From positions 288,001 through 352,000 of the forward strand of contig CBDEUM010000030.1 in NCBI GenBank assembly GCA_965242925.1: DNA of 64,000 nucleotides, written 5' to 3'. Positions 1 through 9,994 of this stretch are shown in pieces; the stretch's first letter is position 1; every line of letters begins with the position of its first letter. Origin of the DNA: Roseibacillus sp. (lineage in GTDB: Bacteria > Verrucomicrobiota > Verrucomicrobiia > Verrucomicrobiales > Akkermansiaceae). The notes beneath the pieces are model-generated. The model saw only the letters and a program-made list of their open reading frames with translations. It was not told the origin of the DNA and did not search any database. The translations under genes were made by a program, and so were the position numbers.

Positions 1-313
1 GATCATCTTCCAGCAGATCCCCGAGGCACCCTGCAAAAGCCTCCGCCCTGACCCGGAAGTTCATGAAGCCCGGCCCGGCAATCTCGACCTCGGCCAGATC
101 CGACACCTCGGTAACCTCCGCCAGCGCCTCTGCGAGGGAACGGGGGCTCTGTTTCACCACCTTGGCAAGAACCATGGCAGCATTCGACTGGTAGTCACCA
201 AAACGCAGATCTGCGGCCTGCGTGACGTCCACCTTCTCCAATTCTTCCCCTCTAATCCCGCAAGCCGCACATCCCGCCCTCAGGCGCTCCTTGAGTATCT
301 CAACAAGTGTCAT
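1..313 (-). CDS. argS: Arginine--tRNA ligase, N-terminal part (runs off window start)
   Basis: Manual minus-strand translation from ATG at 313: MTLVEILKERL...FGDYQSNAAMVFAK...EIAGPGFMNFRV. GDYQSN and AGPGF-NF are ArgRS N-domain motifs. Not in the ORF track. Confidence 0.9.
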   Translation of the reverse strand, partial: MTLVEILKERLRAGCAACGIRGEELEKVDVTQAADLRFGDYQSNAAMVLAKVVKQSPRSLAEALAEVTEVSDLAEVEIAGPGFMNFRVRAEAFAGCLGDLLEDD

Positions 314-415
314 CTTTGATGCAATGCGCTCCACGCTTGATTGAAATTGCGAGATCGTTAGCTCTCAGGACATGGACCCGCTAACATTTCGGCATCCAAA
401 AGCGGAGCCTAGAAT

Positions 416-886
416 TCAGCCAACCTTCTCCTCACACTTCTCCAGGGTCCGCATGAGATCGTCCGCGGTCAATGCTTCGGACATCTTCTTCCGGACTTCG
501 CATTGCGAAAAGAGCCCGGCGATCGATGCGAGGGTCTGCAAGTGTGCATGTGGTTGATTCTTGGGCACGATCAGGAGAATAACAAAATGGACCGGAGCAT
601 TGTCGCAGGCCTCGAAACCGACTCCCCCCGGGGACCGTCCCAGTGCCGCCACCGGCTCCTCCACCCACTCACAATAACAATGGGGGATTGCCACCCCATG
701 ACCGATCCCGGTGCTCACCTGCTCCTCCCTGGCATGCAGTGCTCCCAGAACATCAACCCGCCGTCCGGATTCAACGCAGCCGATCGAGATGAGATGATCC
801 ACCAGTTCGCCGAGCGCATCCCAGTGCGTTTCCGAGACCATCTCCGGCAGGATGCGGCGCTCCGAAAGAAGCGAAACAAGTTTCAT
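416..886 (-). CDS. PTS IIA (PtsN/fructose-type EIIA) domain protein
   Basis: REEQVSTGIGHGVAIPH phospho-His motif and DNAPVHFVILLIVP; start trimmed to MKLVSLL (ATG 886). Confidence 0.88.
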   Translation of the reverse strand: MKLVSLLSERRILPEMVSETHWDALGELVDHLISIGCVESGRRVDVLGALHAREEQVSTGIGHGVAIPHCYCEWVEEPVAALGRSPGGVGFEACDNAPVHFVILLIVPKNQPHAHLQTLASIAGLFSQCEVRKKMSEALTADDLMRTLEKCEEKVG

Positions 887-1023
887 GGGAATCGGGGTGG
901 GGAGAACTCCAGGCAGGTGCCTGGGGCCGGGTAGACTCATTACCCGACCCGAGCAAGAGTTTTCCCCTGCGCCTCCCCTGATCCCTCTTGACCTTGGAGC
1001 CGCCCGATCAGACATTCTACTGC

Positions 1024-1524
1024 ATGCGCCCATGCATCTCCACCGTTGTAGTTTGCGTAGGTTTAATACTAACCTCCTGCGAGACAATTCCTCCAAATTA
1101 CGGAACTCCTAACATGGGAGGCCCCGGCAAGGAAGAACGCAGGGAGGCGATTGCGGTTGAGCAAACGGGAGACTTTTACATCGGGCGTCGCTATCATGTG
1201 AACCGAACATGGTGGTGGGGGTATCTCCGACGCCCACGCCAACCCTGGTCCAAGGCCCAACTCGTGGTCTTTAACCAGAGCGTCAAACGGGCTCCCGACA
1301 ATCTGACCCAGAGCGGCCCTTCCGGCGCACACTACGCCTACGACAACAACTACGAGTATCGCATCTGGGGCTCCTTCACGGGCGAGGATGTCTACGAACC
1401 AAACAGCAACCAATTCCTCCCGGAGTTCCGCCTCGCCGACTACCAGCGTATCGATCCTGACCCAGGGTGGCTTTTTCATCCGAGCGATCACTACGATCCT
1501 CTCCGGTTGACCCTGAAGCCGTAG
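1024..1524 (+). CDS. Hypothetical lipoprotein
   Basis: MRPCISTVVVCVGLILTSC lipobox-like signal followed by an aromatic-rich globular region; divergent from PTS IIA. Confidence 0.7.
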   Translation: MRPCISTVVVCVGLILTSCETIPPNYGTPNMGGPGKEERREAIAVEQTGDFYIGRRYHVNRTWWWGYLRRPRQPWSKAQLVVFNQSVKRAPDNLTQSGPSGAHYAYDNNYEYRIWGSFTGEDVYEPNSNQFLPEFRLADYQRIDPDPGWLFHPSDHYDPLRLTLKP

Positions 1525-1696
1525 GATCGGAATGGCCAATTTGTCCACAATCCGCATGTAGGTCCTCAATCTCCAGCCGGAATCCGCATTCTTCTGGCCC
1601 ATTTCCCCAACTCAGTATGGGGGGTGTTTCTCTTTTTTTGAACGAAAACTCTCCCGAAGACACAAACTTTGTGTCGCAAAGTTTGTCTTGGCGAGC

Positions 1697-2404
1697 ATGT
1701 CACAGGATCCCTATCACATTCTACCCATTCCGGCTCTCTGCCGGGGTGAACAAGCACTCCTCTCTTCCTGGATCGAAGGGACCCGGCCGGGCTCCCTTCG
1801 CATCTGCGCGATCCTGATCATTCTGGGCTGCGGGGCCTACGGGTTCACCATCGGATACCGCAACGGCTGGGAAATGGCCGGCTGGGTGGCTCTCAAGCTC
1901 CCCGCCATCATCTTTCTCACTCTCTTTGTAAATGGTCTCCTCAACGGAATGATCGGGTTGATCCTGGGAAGTGGCATCGGATTCCGCCAGAGTCTGCAGT
2001 TTCTTCTCACCGGTTTTGCCATCATGAGCGTGATCGTAGGCGCGCTCAGCCCGGTTACCTTATTTGCCACCCTCAACATGCCGGCTCCTGGAGCGGAGAA
2101 CAGCTTCGACTGGCACGCTCTCAACCTGCTCCTCCACACTGCGATCATTGCTTTTGCCGGAACCCTTGCCCACTGGCGCCTCCTTCAATATGTGCGCGCT
2201 TTTGCGAATTCCCGTCGGACCGGGACATTCACCTTCTGCGCCTGGCTGGCCGGCAATCTCTTTGTGGGTGCCCAGATCTCGTGGAATCTTCGCCCCTTTT
2301 TCATCTCGCCTGGTCTGGAAGTTGAATTCCTCCGACCCGACCCCTTTGACGGCAGCTTCTATGAAGCCGTCTTCCATGCCTTCCGCAGGATCTCTCCCTT
2401 GTAG
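1697..2404 (+). CDS. Multi-pass membrane protein (paralog of next gene)
   Basis: About 5 hydrophobic segments; C-terminal QISWNLRPFF motif. Confidence 0.75.
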   Translation: MSQDPYHILPIPALCRGEQALLSSWIEGTRPGSLRICAILIILGCGAYGFTIGYRNGWEMAGWVALKLPAIIFLTLFVNGLLNGMIGLILGSGIGFRQSLQFLLTGFAIMSVIVGALSPVTLFATLNMPAPGAENSFDWHALNLLLHTAIIAFAGTLAHWRLLQYVRAFANSRRTGTFTFCAWLAGNLFVGAQISWNLRPFFISPGLEVEFLRPDPFDGSFYEAVFHAFRRISPL

Positions 2405-2434
2405 TCAGAAAGAAAACACCAAGCCGAAACAGCA

Positions 2435-3250
2435 ATGAACGAAGAGCCTACAGACGACACCCCGCCCCCTCCGCTTCCTGGCCAACCGAAGCCGTCACCT
2501 GGAACTCCCCGGGACGAATCTGCCCGCAACAGATCACAGGCGAGCTTCGTAGAAATGGAGGGGGATAAAACCATCTCCAACACCATCAACACTCTCCTCA
2601 GAAAGCCTCTCTCCCTGGTCTACACCATCGAGATGGAAAAGAGAGCAGATGGTCGGAAAATCCTTCTTCGACTCCTTTGCATCAGCATTACCTGTCTGGC
2701 CATTTTCGGGCTGGTGGTGGGAACTTTCTCCTGGAACCACCAGCTCTGGGCCGCTCCCCTCAAGATTGTCGGCGGCCTCCTCTTCAGTGGCCTGCTCTGC
2801 CTTCCCAGTCTCTACATCTTTGCCTGCCTCGGGGGTCTGGACGTCAGGTTCCGCACCATCGTGGGCATTCTGTGCGGATTGATCGCTCTCTCCGGACTCC
2901 TTCTGGTGGGCTTTGCGCCGGTTGTGTGGCTCTTCAGCGTATCAAGCACCTCGGTCACCTTCCTCGGATTTCTTCTCCTGACCCTGTGGATCATCTGCGC
3001 CAGTCTGGGCCTGGCACTGGTCTTTCGTGCCGGTCGGGCCCTCGGCATGACCAACACGGGACATCTTGTGGTCTGGTGCGGGGTGTTCCTTCTGGTCACC
3101 CTCCAGATGAGCACCACCCTCCGCCCCATCCTGGGAAGCCAACAGGGGGAGAAGCTCGTGGACTTTGGTGAAAAGAAATTTTTCCTCTCCCACTGGGGCG
3201 AACAGTTGCGCGGCGAACACAGGGAGAACCTCCGCGAGAAGGAGCAGTAG
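2435..3250 (+). CDS. Multi-pass membrane protein (paralog of previous gene)
   Basis: Hydrophobic segments, LCLPSLYIF and QMSTTLRPIL motifs; 30 bp after previous stop. Confidence 0.75.
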   Translation: MNEEPTDDTPPPPLPGQPKPSPGTPRDESARNRSQASFVEMEGDKTISNTINTLLRKPLSLVYTIEMEKRADGRKILLRLLCISITCLAIFGLVVGTFSWNHQLWAAPLKIVGGLLFSGLLCLPSLYIFACLGGLDVRFRTIVGILCGLIALSGLLLVGFAPVVWLFSVSSTSVTFLGFLLLTLWIICASLGLALVFRAGRALGMTNTGHLVVWCGVFLLVTLQMSTTLRPILGSQQGEKLVDFGEKKFFLSHWGEQLRGEHRENLREKEQ

Positions 3251-3307
3251 TCCCGGCACCACTTCCCTGTTCCCGCTCCGGAAAGATGGACCGCCACCGG
3301 ACCTTCT

Positions 3308-4792
3308 TCAGTATTTCTTCCACACCGTCGGGACGAACAGAACCAGCACGACATACAACTCCAATCTTCCCAGCACCATCAGAAGGGAAAGGAGCACCTG
3401 GGTGGTGGGATACAGATGGCCATAGTTTCCGGCGGGGCCCACTTCTCCGTAGCCGGGTCCGATGTTCCCGAAGGTCGCCAGCACCGAGGACACCGTGGTA
3501 TCAAAATCAATTCCGTGTGCAGTTTCAATAACTGCCACGATCACCATCGACACGAGAGCTATCAGCGCGAAGAGAGCCACAAAGAGCACGGTCTGCGCCC
3601 GGAACACGTCATCAATGGGGTTGCCATTCACCTGCATCCGCAGGATCTGGTTCGGCCGAAAGGCTTTCACGATCTCCTGCCAGGCCGCCCGTAACAGGAG
3701 GATGAGGCGGCTCACCTTCATGCCGCCTGAAGTCGATCCCGCGCAACCACCCACCAGCATGAGAACCAGCAGAATGAAGTAGATGGCTACCGGCCACTGT
3801 CCGTAGTCGACAGTGGCGTAACCGGTCGTCGAGGCAATTGACACAATGGTGAAGGCCGCACCCCGCAGGGACTCCCCCGCGCTCATCCCTCCACCCCATG
3901 ACCCCACCGCCCACATGCCGAGAATCCCCATCAACACGAGGAAAAAGTACCAGCGAACCTCTTCCAGACGCCGGAGCCGCTGCCAGTTCCGCTTCACGAT
4001 CATGAGATAAATCAGGAAACTCGTGCTGCCCAGGATCATGAAGAGCTCCAGCCAGATCTCGATGAAGAGGCCGTTTGCCAGGTCGGAAAAATGCGCGATG
4101 CTGTTGTTGTGGGGACTGAATCCTCCGGTAGCCACCGTGGTGAAGGCATGGGCCACCGCATCGAACCAGCTGAGACCCAGCCCGCGCAGTCCCAGGAGAC
4201 ACACTGCCGTAAGGCTGAGGTAGATTTTCAGGAACAACAGGGCGGTATCCTGGATCCGCGCAGTAGATGCCTCACCGGACTGGAAGGAGGACTCGTTTCG
4301 AAAGAGGGACTTTGCCCCGCCTCCGATGCTGGAGAGGAGAGCCACGAAGAGAACGAGGATCCCCAACCCTCCCAGCCATTGCATGACTGCGCGCCAGAGA
4401 AGAATACCCCGAGGCCACTCACTGAGATCAGCGATCACGGTCGACCCCGTGGTCGTGAAGCCGGAAACTGACTCAAAGAGAGCGGCCGTGGGAGCAAGAC
4501 GAGGCTCTCCCAGCAGAAAGGGAATCGCACCAAAACATGCACTGAGCACCCAGCCCAGCCCCACAATCAGCACGCCCTCCCGCCGGGGAATCCGGTCGAG
4601 GGTGCTCCTTCCGGAAACCATGAGAATGATGCCTGCCACAAAGGTGATCCCCCCCGCAATCATCAGCGGCATGACTCCTGCGCCATGCGGATCGACAGGG
4701 TCATAATAGGCAAAGACGCCGCAGGCCACCATTGCCACGCTTTCCAGGGCAAACAACCAGCCGAACACCTTGGCCATCAAGCGGAAGTTCAT
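3308..4792 (-). CDS. trkH: Trk potassium uptake membrane subunit
   Basis: FESVSGFTTTG, QWLGGLG, ATGGFS, GGCAGSTSGGMK, GNIGPG and LGRLE pore-loop motifs. Confidence 0.95.
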   Translation of the reverse strand: MNFRLMAKVFGWLFALESVAMVACGVFAYYDPVDPHGAGVMPLMIAGGITFVAGIILMVSGRSTLDRIPRREGVLIVGLGWVLSACFGAIPFLLGEPRLAPTAALFESVSGFTTTGSTVIADLSEWPRGILLWRAVMQWLGGLGILVLFVALLSSIGGGAKSLFRNESSFQSGEASTARIQDTALLFLKIYLSLTAVCLLGLRGLGLSWFDAVAHAFTTVATGGFSPHNNSIAHFSDLANGLFIEIWLELFMILGSTSFLIYLMIVKRNWQRLRRLEEVRWYFFLVLMGILGMWAVGSWGGGMSAGESLRGAAFTIVSIASTTGYATVDYGQWPVAIYFILLVLMLVGGCAGSTSGGMKVSRLILLLRAAWQEIVKAFRPNQILRMQVNGNPIDDVFRAQTVLFVALFALIALVSMVIVAVIETAHGIDFDTTVSSVLATFGNIGPGYGEVGPAGNYGHLYPTTQVLLSLLMVLGRLELYVVLVLFVPTVWKKY

Positions 4793-5005
4793 ACTCTCTT
4801 CTTACTGATCATTCCCCCGCTGTGTGATGAGGTGTTCACCCGGGACAAGACTCCCGCCGCAGGGCAGAATCCGGACGAGAGCGCAGGCCCATCCTGCTGG
4901 CTTCCCCCGCCTGGATACGAATGCACGAATATCCTCACGGCCGGGACTGCCCAGTATTTTTCACTCCTCGATCGAATGTTCTCCATCACTCCGGAACCGC
5001 CCGGT

Positions 5006-6379
5006 TCAATGCAGCAGTTTGAGCAGTTTCTTGAGCACCTTCGGGGAAACCATGGCGTAAATGTGGTCGCCCGCTTCCACCACATCATCGGGACCTGGCA
5101 CAATAGCTTTCAACCCCCGCAGCAATCCCACCAGGACTGACCCGGCAGGCCAGTCAATTTCACTAACCTTCATTCCCGCTGCCTTGGCCTTCCTGCCCAC
5201 ATTGGTTCCAATCACCTGACCGGCCGTGAACTTCTTGGCTACATAGTATTTCTCACCGGTCAGATAACGTTCAATGTAGCGTCTGGTCGCCTCCCGCGGA
5301 CTGACCGCGGCCACTACTCCAAACTGTCGGCCACTCGATCCAATCGCGCGCGCATAATCCGCCCGGTGAATGATGGTCAGGCAATTCTTGACCCCAATAT
5401 CATTAGCCTGCAGGCACGTCATCACATTGTCCTCATCACTCGAACTGGTGGCTACGAAGAAATCAGCCTGCCCCACCTGTTCCTCCTCCAGCTCCGCCAC
5501 CACCGTGGCATCAGCATTGATCACGGTGGTATCGCTGAGCCGCTCGGTCAGTTCCTGGCAGATCTTCTCATCCTTCTCGAAGATCCGGACCCGGCAGGAC
5601 TCCCAGCTCTCCAGCCTCTGTGCCAGGGCAAACCCGTATTCCCCGCCTCCGAAGATCACCACCCGCATCGTCTCGGCGCGCTTGCCGCCCTGCTGCAGGC
5701 TCTCCGCCAGATTCCGCAGACGCCGCGGCTCCCCAAAGATAGTGGCCACGTCACCTGCCTTGAGGACTGACTCCGCATCAGGCACGATACTCTCACCCTC
5801 CCGCGTGATCGCAACTACCCGTGTGCGCTCGGGCACCTTCAGATCCCTGAGGGTTGTTCCGGCCGCATCGCTCTTCGCCCCTACCCGGACCTGCTGAACC
5901 TCGATCTGGTCCGGTGCCAGTTGCTCAGCCTCTACCCTGAGCGAGTCCGGGTTGCGGATGAACTTGGCCAATTCGATTGCGGTCAGGCGTTCCGAACTGA
6001 ACAGATCATCGATTCCAAAGTGCCCTCGAAAGTCAAACAGCCACTTGTCCCGCTCAAGGCCCGGATGAACCCGGCTCAGCACCTTCTCCACGCCCATCGC
6101 CTTGGCCATGGAGCCACTCATCAGATTCACAGTATTCTCGCTGGTCAGAGCGAGGAAGAGGTCGCACTCCCCGATATTGGCCTGCGCTAATGCAGACGGG
6201 CTGCTTCCATCATCGCAGATCACCTTGGCATCGATCCCTCTCTCAAGCTCCGCCACCAATCGCGGGTCCGAATCAATCACCGAGATGCTGTGTGCCTCCC
6301 GCGCACCTTCCCGGGAACGTGAAAGCTCCGTGGCCAAGTGCCGGCCAATCTCTCCGGCTCCGACGATAATGATGTTCAT
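5006..6379 (-). CDS. trkA: Trk potassium uptake NAD-binding subunit
   Basis: Two RCK_N/RCK_C units (IIIVGAGEIG, VVIFGGGEYG); upstream of trkH; start trimmed to ATG 6379. Confidence 0.93.
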   Translation of the reverse strand: MNIIIVGAGEIGRHLATELSRSREGAREAHSISVIDSDPRLVAELERGIDAKVICDDGSSPSALAQANIGECDLFLALTSENTVNLMSGSMAKAMGVEKVLSRVHPGLERDKWLFDFRGHFGIDDLFSSERLTAIELAKFIRNPDSLRVEAEQLAPDQIEVQQVRVGAKSDAAGTTLRDLKVPERTRVVAITREGESIVPDAESVLKAGDVATIFGEPRRLRNLAESLQQGGKRAETMRVVIFGGGEYGFALAQRLESWESCRVRIFEKDEKICQELTERLSDTTVINADATVVAELEEEQVGQADFFVATSSSDEDNVMTCLQANDIGVKNCLTIIHRADYARAIGSSGRQFGVVAAVSPREATRRYIERYLTGEKYYVAKKFTAGQVIGTNVGRKAKAAGMKVSEIDWPAGSVLVGLLRGLKAIVPGPDDVVEAGDHIYAMVSPKVLKKLLKLLH

Positions 6380-6661
6380 AAGAACAGCCCTCGGCCGCGT
6401 TGTTATTCTCCCAGTCCCCCGGGAGCATGCCAGCAAAATCTCCCTAACGGGACACTACCACTTCATAGTTAGTGGTTTAAGATAGATGGGGCCACCTGAT
6501 CTACCGGACCAGGACGGACATTCGTCTTGGGAATTCGGCTCACCAGACGCTCCCGCAGCTCCTCAAATCCGCGTCCTCGTCGGACCGGCGAAAGACCGAC
6601 CTGCCATGCGGTCAGCCTTGCAGCCAGAGCCGATGTAACCTATCAAATATGCTTGCGGTGA

Positions 6662-9600
6662 ATGATGAAGAAAACCGCGCCTCTCTTGGTATTTTTTCAG
6701 ACACCTCTGCCACGCCGAACAGTGACCTCTTCCCCGCTCTCCCTCCTCGTCGTCGTCTCTCTCCTCCTCTGCTTTTCCCCCCCCTCCTCCTCCCAGGAAG
6801 AGGAACCTGCCCCTCCTGCCGCCAAGGATGGCCAGAACGACCCGACCCTGGAACAATATTACGTCGCCAATGGGGCCTACAACCGGAAGCTCTATCCGGT
6901 TGCTATTCAGCAATATCAGGCCTTCCTCGGCACGCATCCCGAACACGCCAAGGCTGACCTGGCCCGTCGCGGGCTCGCCCTCAGCCACTATGCCTCCAAG
7001 CAATACAAGGAAGCAATCGACCCCCTCTCCGCCCTCCTGGGAAAAGAGAAGCTGGATCCCGCCATCAGCCGCGAACGTCTCGTCATGATGCACGGCCAGT
7101 GCCTCCTCATCACCGGCGAGAAGGACAAGGCCAAGGCTCTCTATGCCGCTGAACTTGCCAACCTCAAGACACCCGCCTACCTCCACGCTGCTCTCGCCTC
7201 CGTCTCAGACGTGAGTTTCGGCGCGGCCCAGTGGGCTGAGGTGGTCACCTGGACGGGCAAGCTCCTCGGCGCCCAACCGAGCAAAGCCCAGGCCGCTCGC
7301 GGTTACTACCAGCAGGGCTACGCCCACTATCAGCTCAAGGATCCGGAAAAGGCCATCGAAGCACTCTCCAAGATCGAAGGTTTGGAAGCGGACTCGATCT
7401 GGATCACGCGGGGTCTCTATCTTGCCGGCGAGTGCTACAATCAGTTGAAGAAATCCCAGGAAGCCATGCAGGCCTTCCAAAAAGCCCTCCCGGGGCTCAA
7501 GGACAAGGATGCCATCGAATGCCGCTACCGCCTGGGCCTCACCCGCTTTGTCCTCAAACAGTATGAAGAATCGGCGACCGATCTGGCAGCCTACCTTGAA
7601 GCGGCCGCAGACGGCCCTCACGCTACCGAAGCGCAACTCTACCTCGCTCGTACTCACCTTGAACGCGGATCCTTTGAGACAGCCGGAACGCAACTGAAAG
7701 CCCTCGCCGAGGAGACCAGCAAGGTGTCGGCCCGGGCCAACCTCTGGCACGCAAGAGTCTACACCCGCCCGGAGACCAAGGATTACACCACCGCTGCCAC
7801 CATCCTGGCCACCGCCACCGAAACCTACGCTGAATCCCCCATCATCAATGATCTGCGCTTCGACTACGCCAACGTCCTGATGGCCAAGCCTGAACCCGAT
7901 TGGCAGAACGCCCTCGCCTCCCTCGCCCTCCTGAGCGCTGCTGAGAGTTTCGGTCAGCAGGCTGAGGTGCTCAACCAGACCGCCGTCTGCCAGCAGAAAC
8001 TCAAGCAGTATGAAGAGAGCCTGGCCTCCAACAACAAGTTCCTGGCTGCCCATGCCGAGCACCGACTGGCTGGAGAAGCACGCTTCATGAAGGCCGAGAA
8101 CCTCTTTCTCCTGGGTAAACTGGAGGAGGCCTCCAAGGGGTATGCCGAGTTCCTCTCCGCCCACGCCGACCATCCCAACAAAATGGCCGCCGGCTTCCGT
8201 CAGGCGCAGATCCACCACGCTACCGGTCGCTGGGCCGAATGCCTCAAGGCTGCCACCGCCATCGCCGCCAACAAGCCCGAGGGTCCACTCTACGGTCAAC
8301 TCCCCTTCATGATCGGTGACTCCCTCTTCCGGCAGAAGAACTGGAAGGAGTCCATCGCCCCGCTCTCAGAATTCCTCGCTACCAGAGTCGCAAAAACCGA
8401 CGAGGGCCGGACTGTGAAGGCCGAACCGAACGTGGACACTGCCCTCATCCAGCTCGCGGTCTGCCATGACCGCAGTGGCAACAAGGAAGCAGCCCTCGAT
8501 CACCTCGACACGGTCGTCAATCACTACCCCGGCCAGTCCGGCCAGTTACCCCTCGCTCTCGCGGAGCAGGGACGCCTCGCCTACGAGGGCGGAAATCTGG
8601 AACTCGCACGTGCCGCCCTCGAAAGGTTCCGCACCATGGACAAGCCGGAGAACGAACTCTTCGCAAAATCGGCCCCCAGGCAACGGCCCCGCGTGAATTA
8701 CTACCTCGGCTGGATCGAAGCGGTCGCCGGTAAGCATGCCGCCGCTGCCGCCAACTTCAATGCCGTGGTCCAGACCCAGGCCAACCATCCCCTCGCTGCC
8801 GACGCCGCCCTTCAGCACGGCATCGCCCTGTTCAATGCAGGCACCTTCGATAAGTCCACCACGCAGTTCCAGTCGGTCCTCCAGCAATACGAAAAGCACC
8901 CCAAGCTCGCCCGCGTGGTTTACCACCTCGGACTCTCGCTTTCCCGCCAGAAGGAATTGGCCCAGGCTGCCAAGCAGTTCCAACGTATCAACGAAGAGTT
9001 CAGCAAGTCGGACTTTGCTGACCATGCGCTCTACGAGTGGGCCTGGTGCGAACGTGGAACAAAACGGCAGAAGGAAGCCATCGATCTCTACAATCTTCTT
9101 CTCAAGAATCATCCCGAGAGCTCCCTCGCGCCCAAGGTGCAGAGTGAACTGGCTGAACTCAATGTTGACAGCGGGGCACAGGACCAGGTCATCGCAGACC
9201 TCTCCGCCACCCTGGAGAAAGTGAAGAAGGAACCCCTCCGCGAGGAACTGCGTTATCAACTCGCCAGTGCCCACTTCAAGAAGGCCGATCACACCAACGC
9301 GGCCGGACAGTTCGAAAAACTGCTCGAGGACTACCCCCAGTCCAGGTTTCTCGCTTCCATGCATTTCCAGGCCGGGGAATCGCAACTCCAGCTCAAACAG
9401 ATCGAACAGGCTCAGGCCCACTTCGCCGCGGCAGCCATGATCCAGGGCAGCCCACAGTCCCTGGTCGAATCGATCACCATGCGCCTGGCCGAAACACAGG
9501 CTCTCACCGGGCAGCACAGCGAAGCCGCGGCCTCCTACCAGGCCTTCCTGGAAAAATTCCCGCAGAGCCGCTGGACCCGGAACGCGCGCTTCGGGTTTGC

Positions 9601-9964
9601 CTTCTCCACCGAGAACGCCGGCGATCCCACCACCGCCCTCGCCGAATATTCCAAAATCCTCGACGAACCGAAAACCGACCTCTGGACGGTGCGCAGCCGC
9701 TTCCAGACCGGCTCGTGCAATGCCAAGCTCGAAAAGCACGACCAGGCCGTGATCGATTTCGTCAAGGTCGAGATCAGCTACCCGCAGTATCCCCGCTGGC
9801 AGGCGGAAGCCGTGCTCGAAATCGGACGCATTCTCCTGTCCCAGAACAAACCTGAACAGGCCAGGGAACGCTTCCAGGAAGTAGTTTCGCGTTTCGAGAA
9901 GGAAGAGGCGGCCGCCACTGCCAGAAAGCTCCTCACCCCGGCCACCGCAAACGGCTCAAACTGA
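6662..9964 (+). CDS. Secreted tetratricopeptide-repeat protein (YfiO/CpoB-like repeats)
   Basis: N-terminal hydrophobic signal, then many helical repeats such as AIQQYQAFLGTHPEH and FEKLLEDYPQS. Confidence 0.85.
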   Translation: MMKKTAPLLVFFQTPLPRRTVTSSPLSLLVVVSLLLCFSPPSSSQEEEPAPPAAKDGQNDPTLEQYYVANGAYNRKLYPVAIQQYQAFLGTHPEHAKADLARRGLALSHYASKQYKEAIDPLSALLGKEKLDPAISRERLVMMHGQCLLITGEKDKAKALYAAELANLKTPAYLHAALASVSDVSFGAAQWAEVVTWTGKLLGAQPSKAQAARGYYQQGYAHYQLKDPEKAIEALSKIEGLEADSIWITRGLYLAGECYNQLKKSQEAMQAFQKALPGLKDKDAIECRYRLGLTRFVLKQYEESATDLAAYLEAAADGPHATEAQLYLARTHLERGSFETAGTQLKALAEETSKVSARANLWHARVYTRPETKDYTTAATILATATETYAESPIINDLRFDYANVLMAKPEPDWQNALASLALLSAAESFGQQAEVLNQTAVCQQKLKQYEESLASNNKFLAAHAEHRLAGEARFMKAENLFLLGKLEEASKGYAEFLSAHADHPNKMAAGFRQAQIHHATGRWAECLKAATAIAANKPEGPLYGQLPFMIGDSLFRQKNWKESIAPLSEFLATRVAKTDEGRTVKAEPNVDTALIQLAVCHDRSGNKEAALDHLDTVVNHYPGQSGQLPLALAEQGRLAYEGGNLELARAALERFRTMDKPENELFAKSAPRQRPRVNYYLGWIEAVAGKHAAAAANFNAVVQTQANHPLAADAALQHGIALFNAGTFDKSTTQFQSVLQQYEKHPKLARVVYHLGLSLSRQKELAQAAKQFQRINEEFSKSDFADHALYEWAWCERGTKRQKEAIDLYNLLLKNHPESSLAPKVQSELAELNVDSGAQDQVIADLSATLEKVKKEPLREELRYQLASAHFKKADHTNAAGQFEKLLEDYPQSRFLASMHFQAGESQLQLKQIEQAQAHFAAAAMIQGSPQSLVESITMRLAETQALTGQHSEAAASYQAFLEKFPQSRWTRNARFGFAFSTENAGDPTTALAEYSKILDEPKTDLWTVRSRFQTGSCNAKLEKHDQAVIDFVKVEISYPQYPRWQAEAVLEIGRILLSQNKPEQARERFQEVVSRFEKEEAAATARKLLTPATANGSN

Positions 9965-9994
9965 TAACCTCCAACTCCTCCCGCCCCGAGCGCC

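Noticed and set aside
4789..5103. 104-aa ORF between trkA and trkH
   Set aside because: Overlaps trkA 3' end and has no recognisable features.
7205..9739. Long antisense ORFs opposite TPR and other GC-rich genes
   Set aside because: Typical shadow frames in high-GC coding DNA with no domain motifs.
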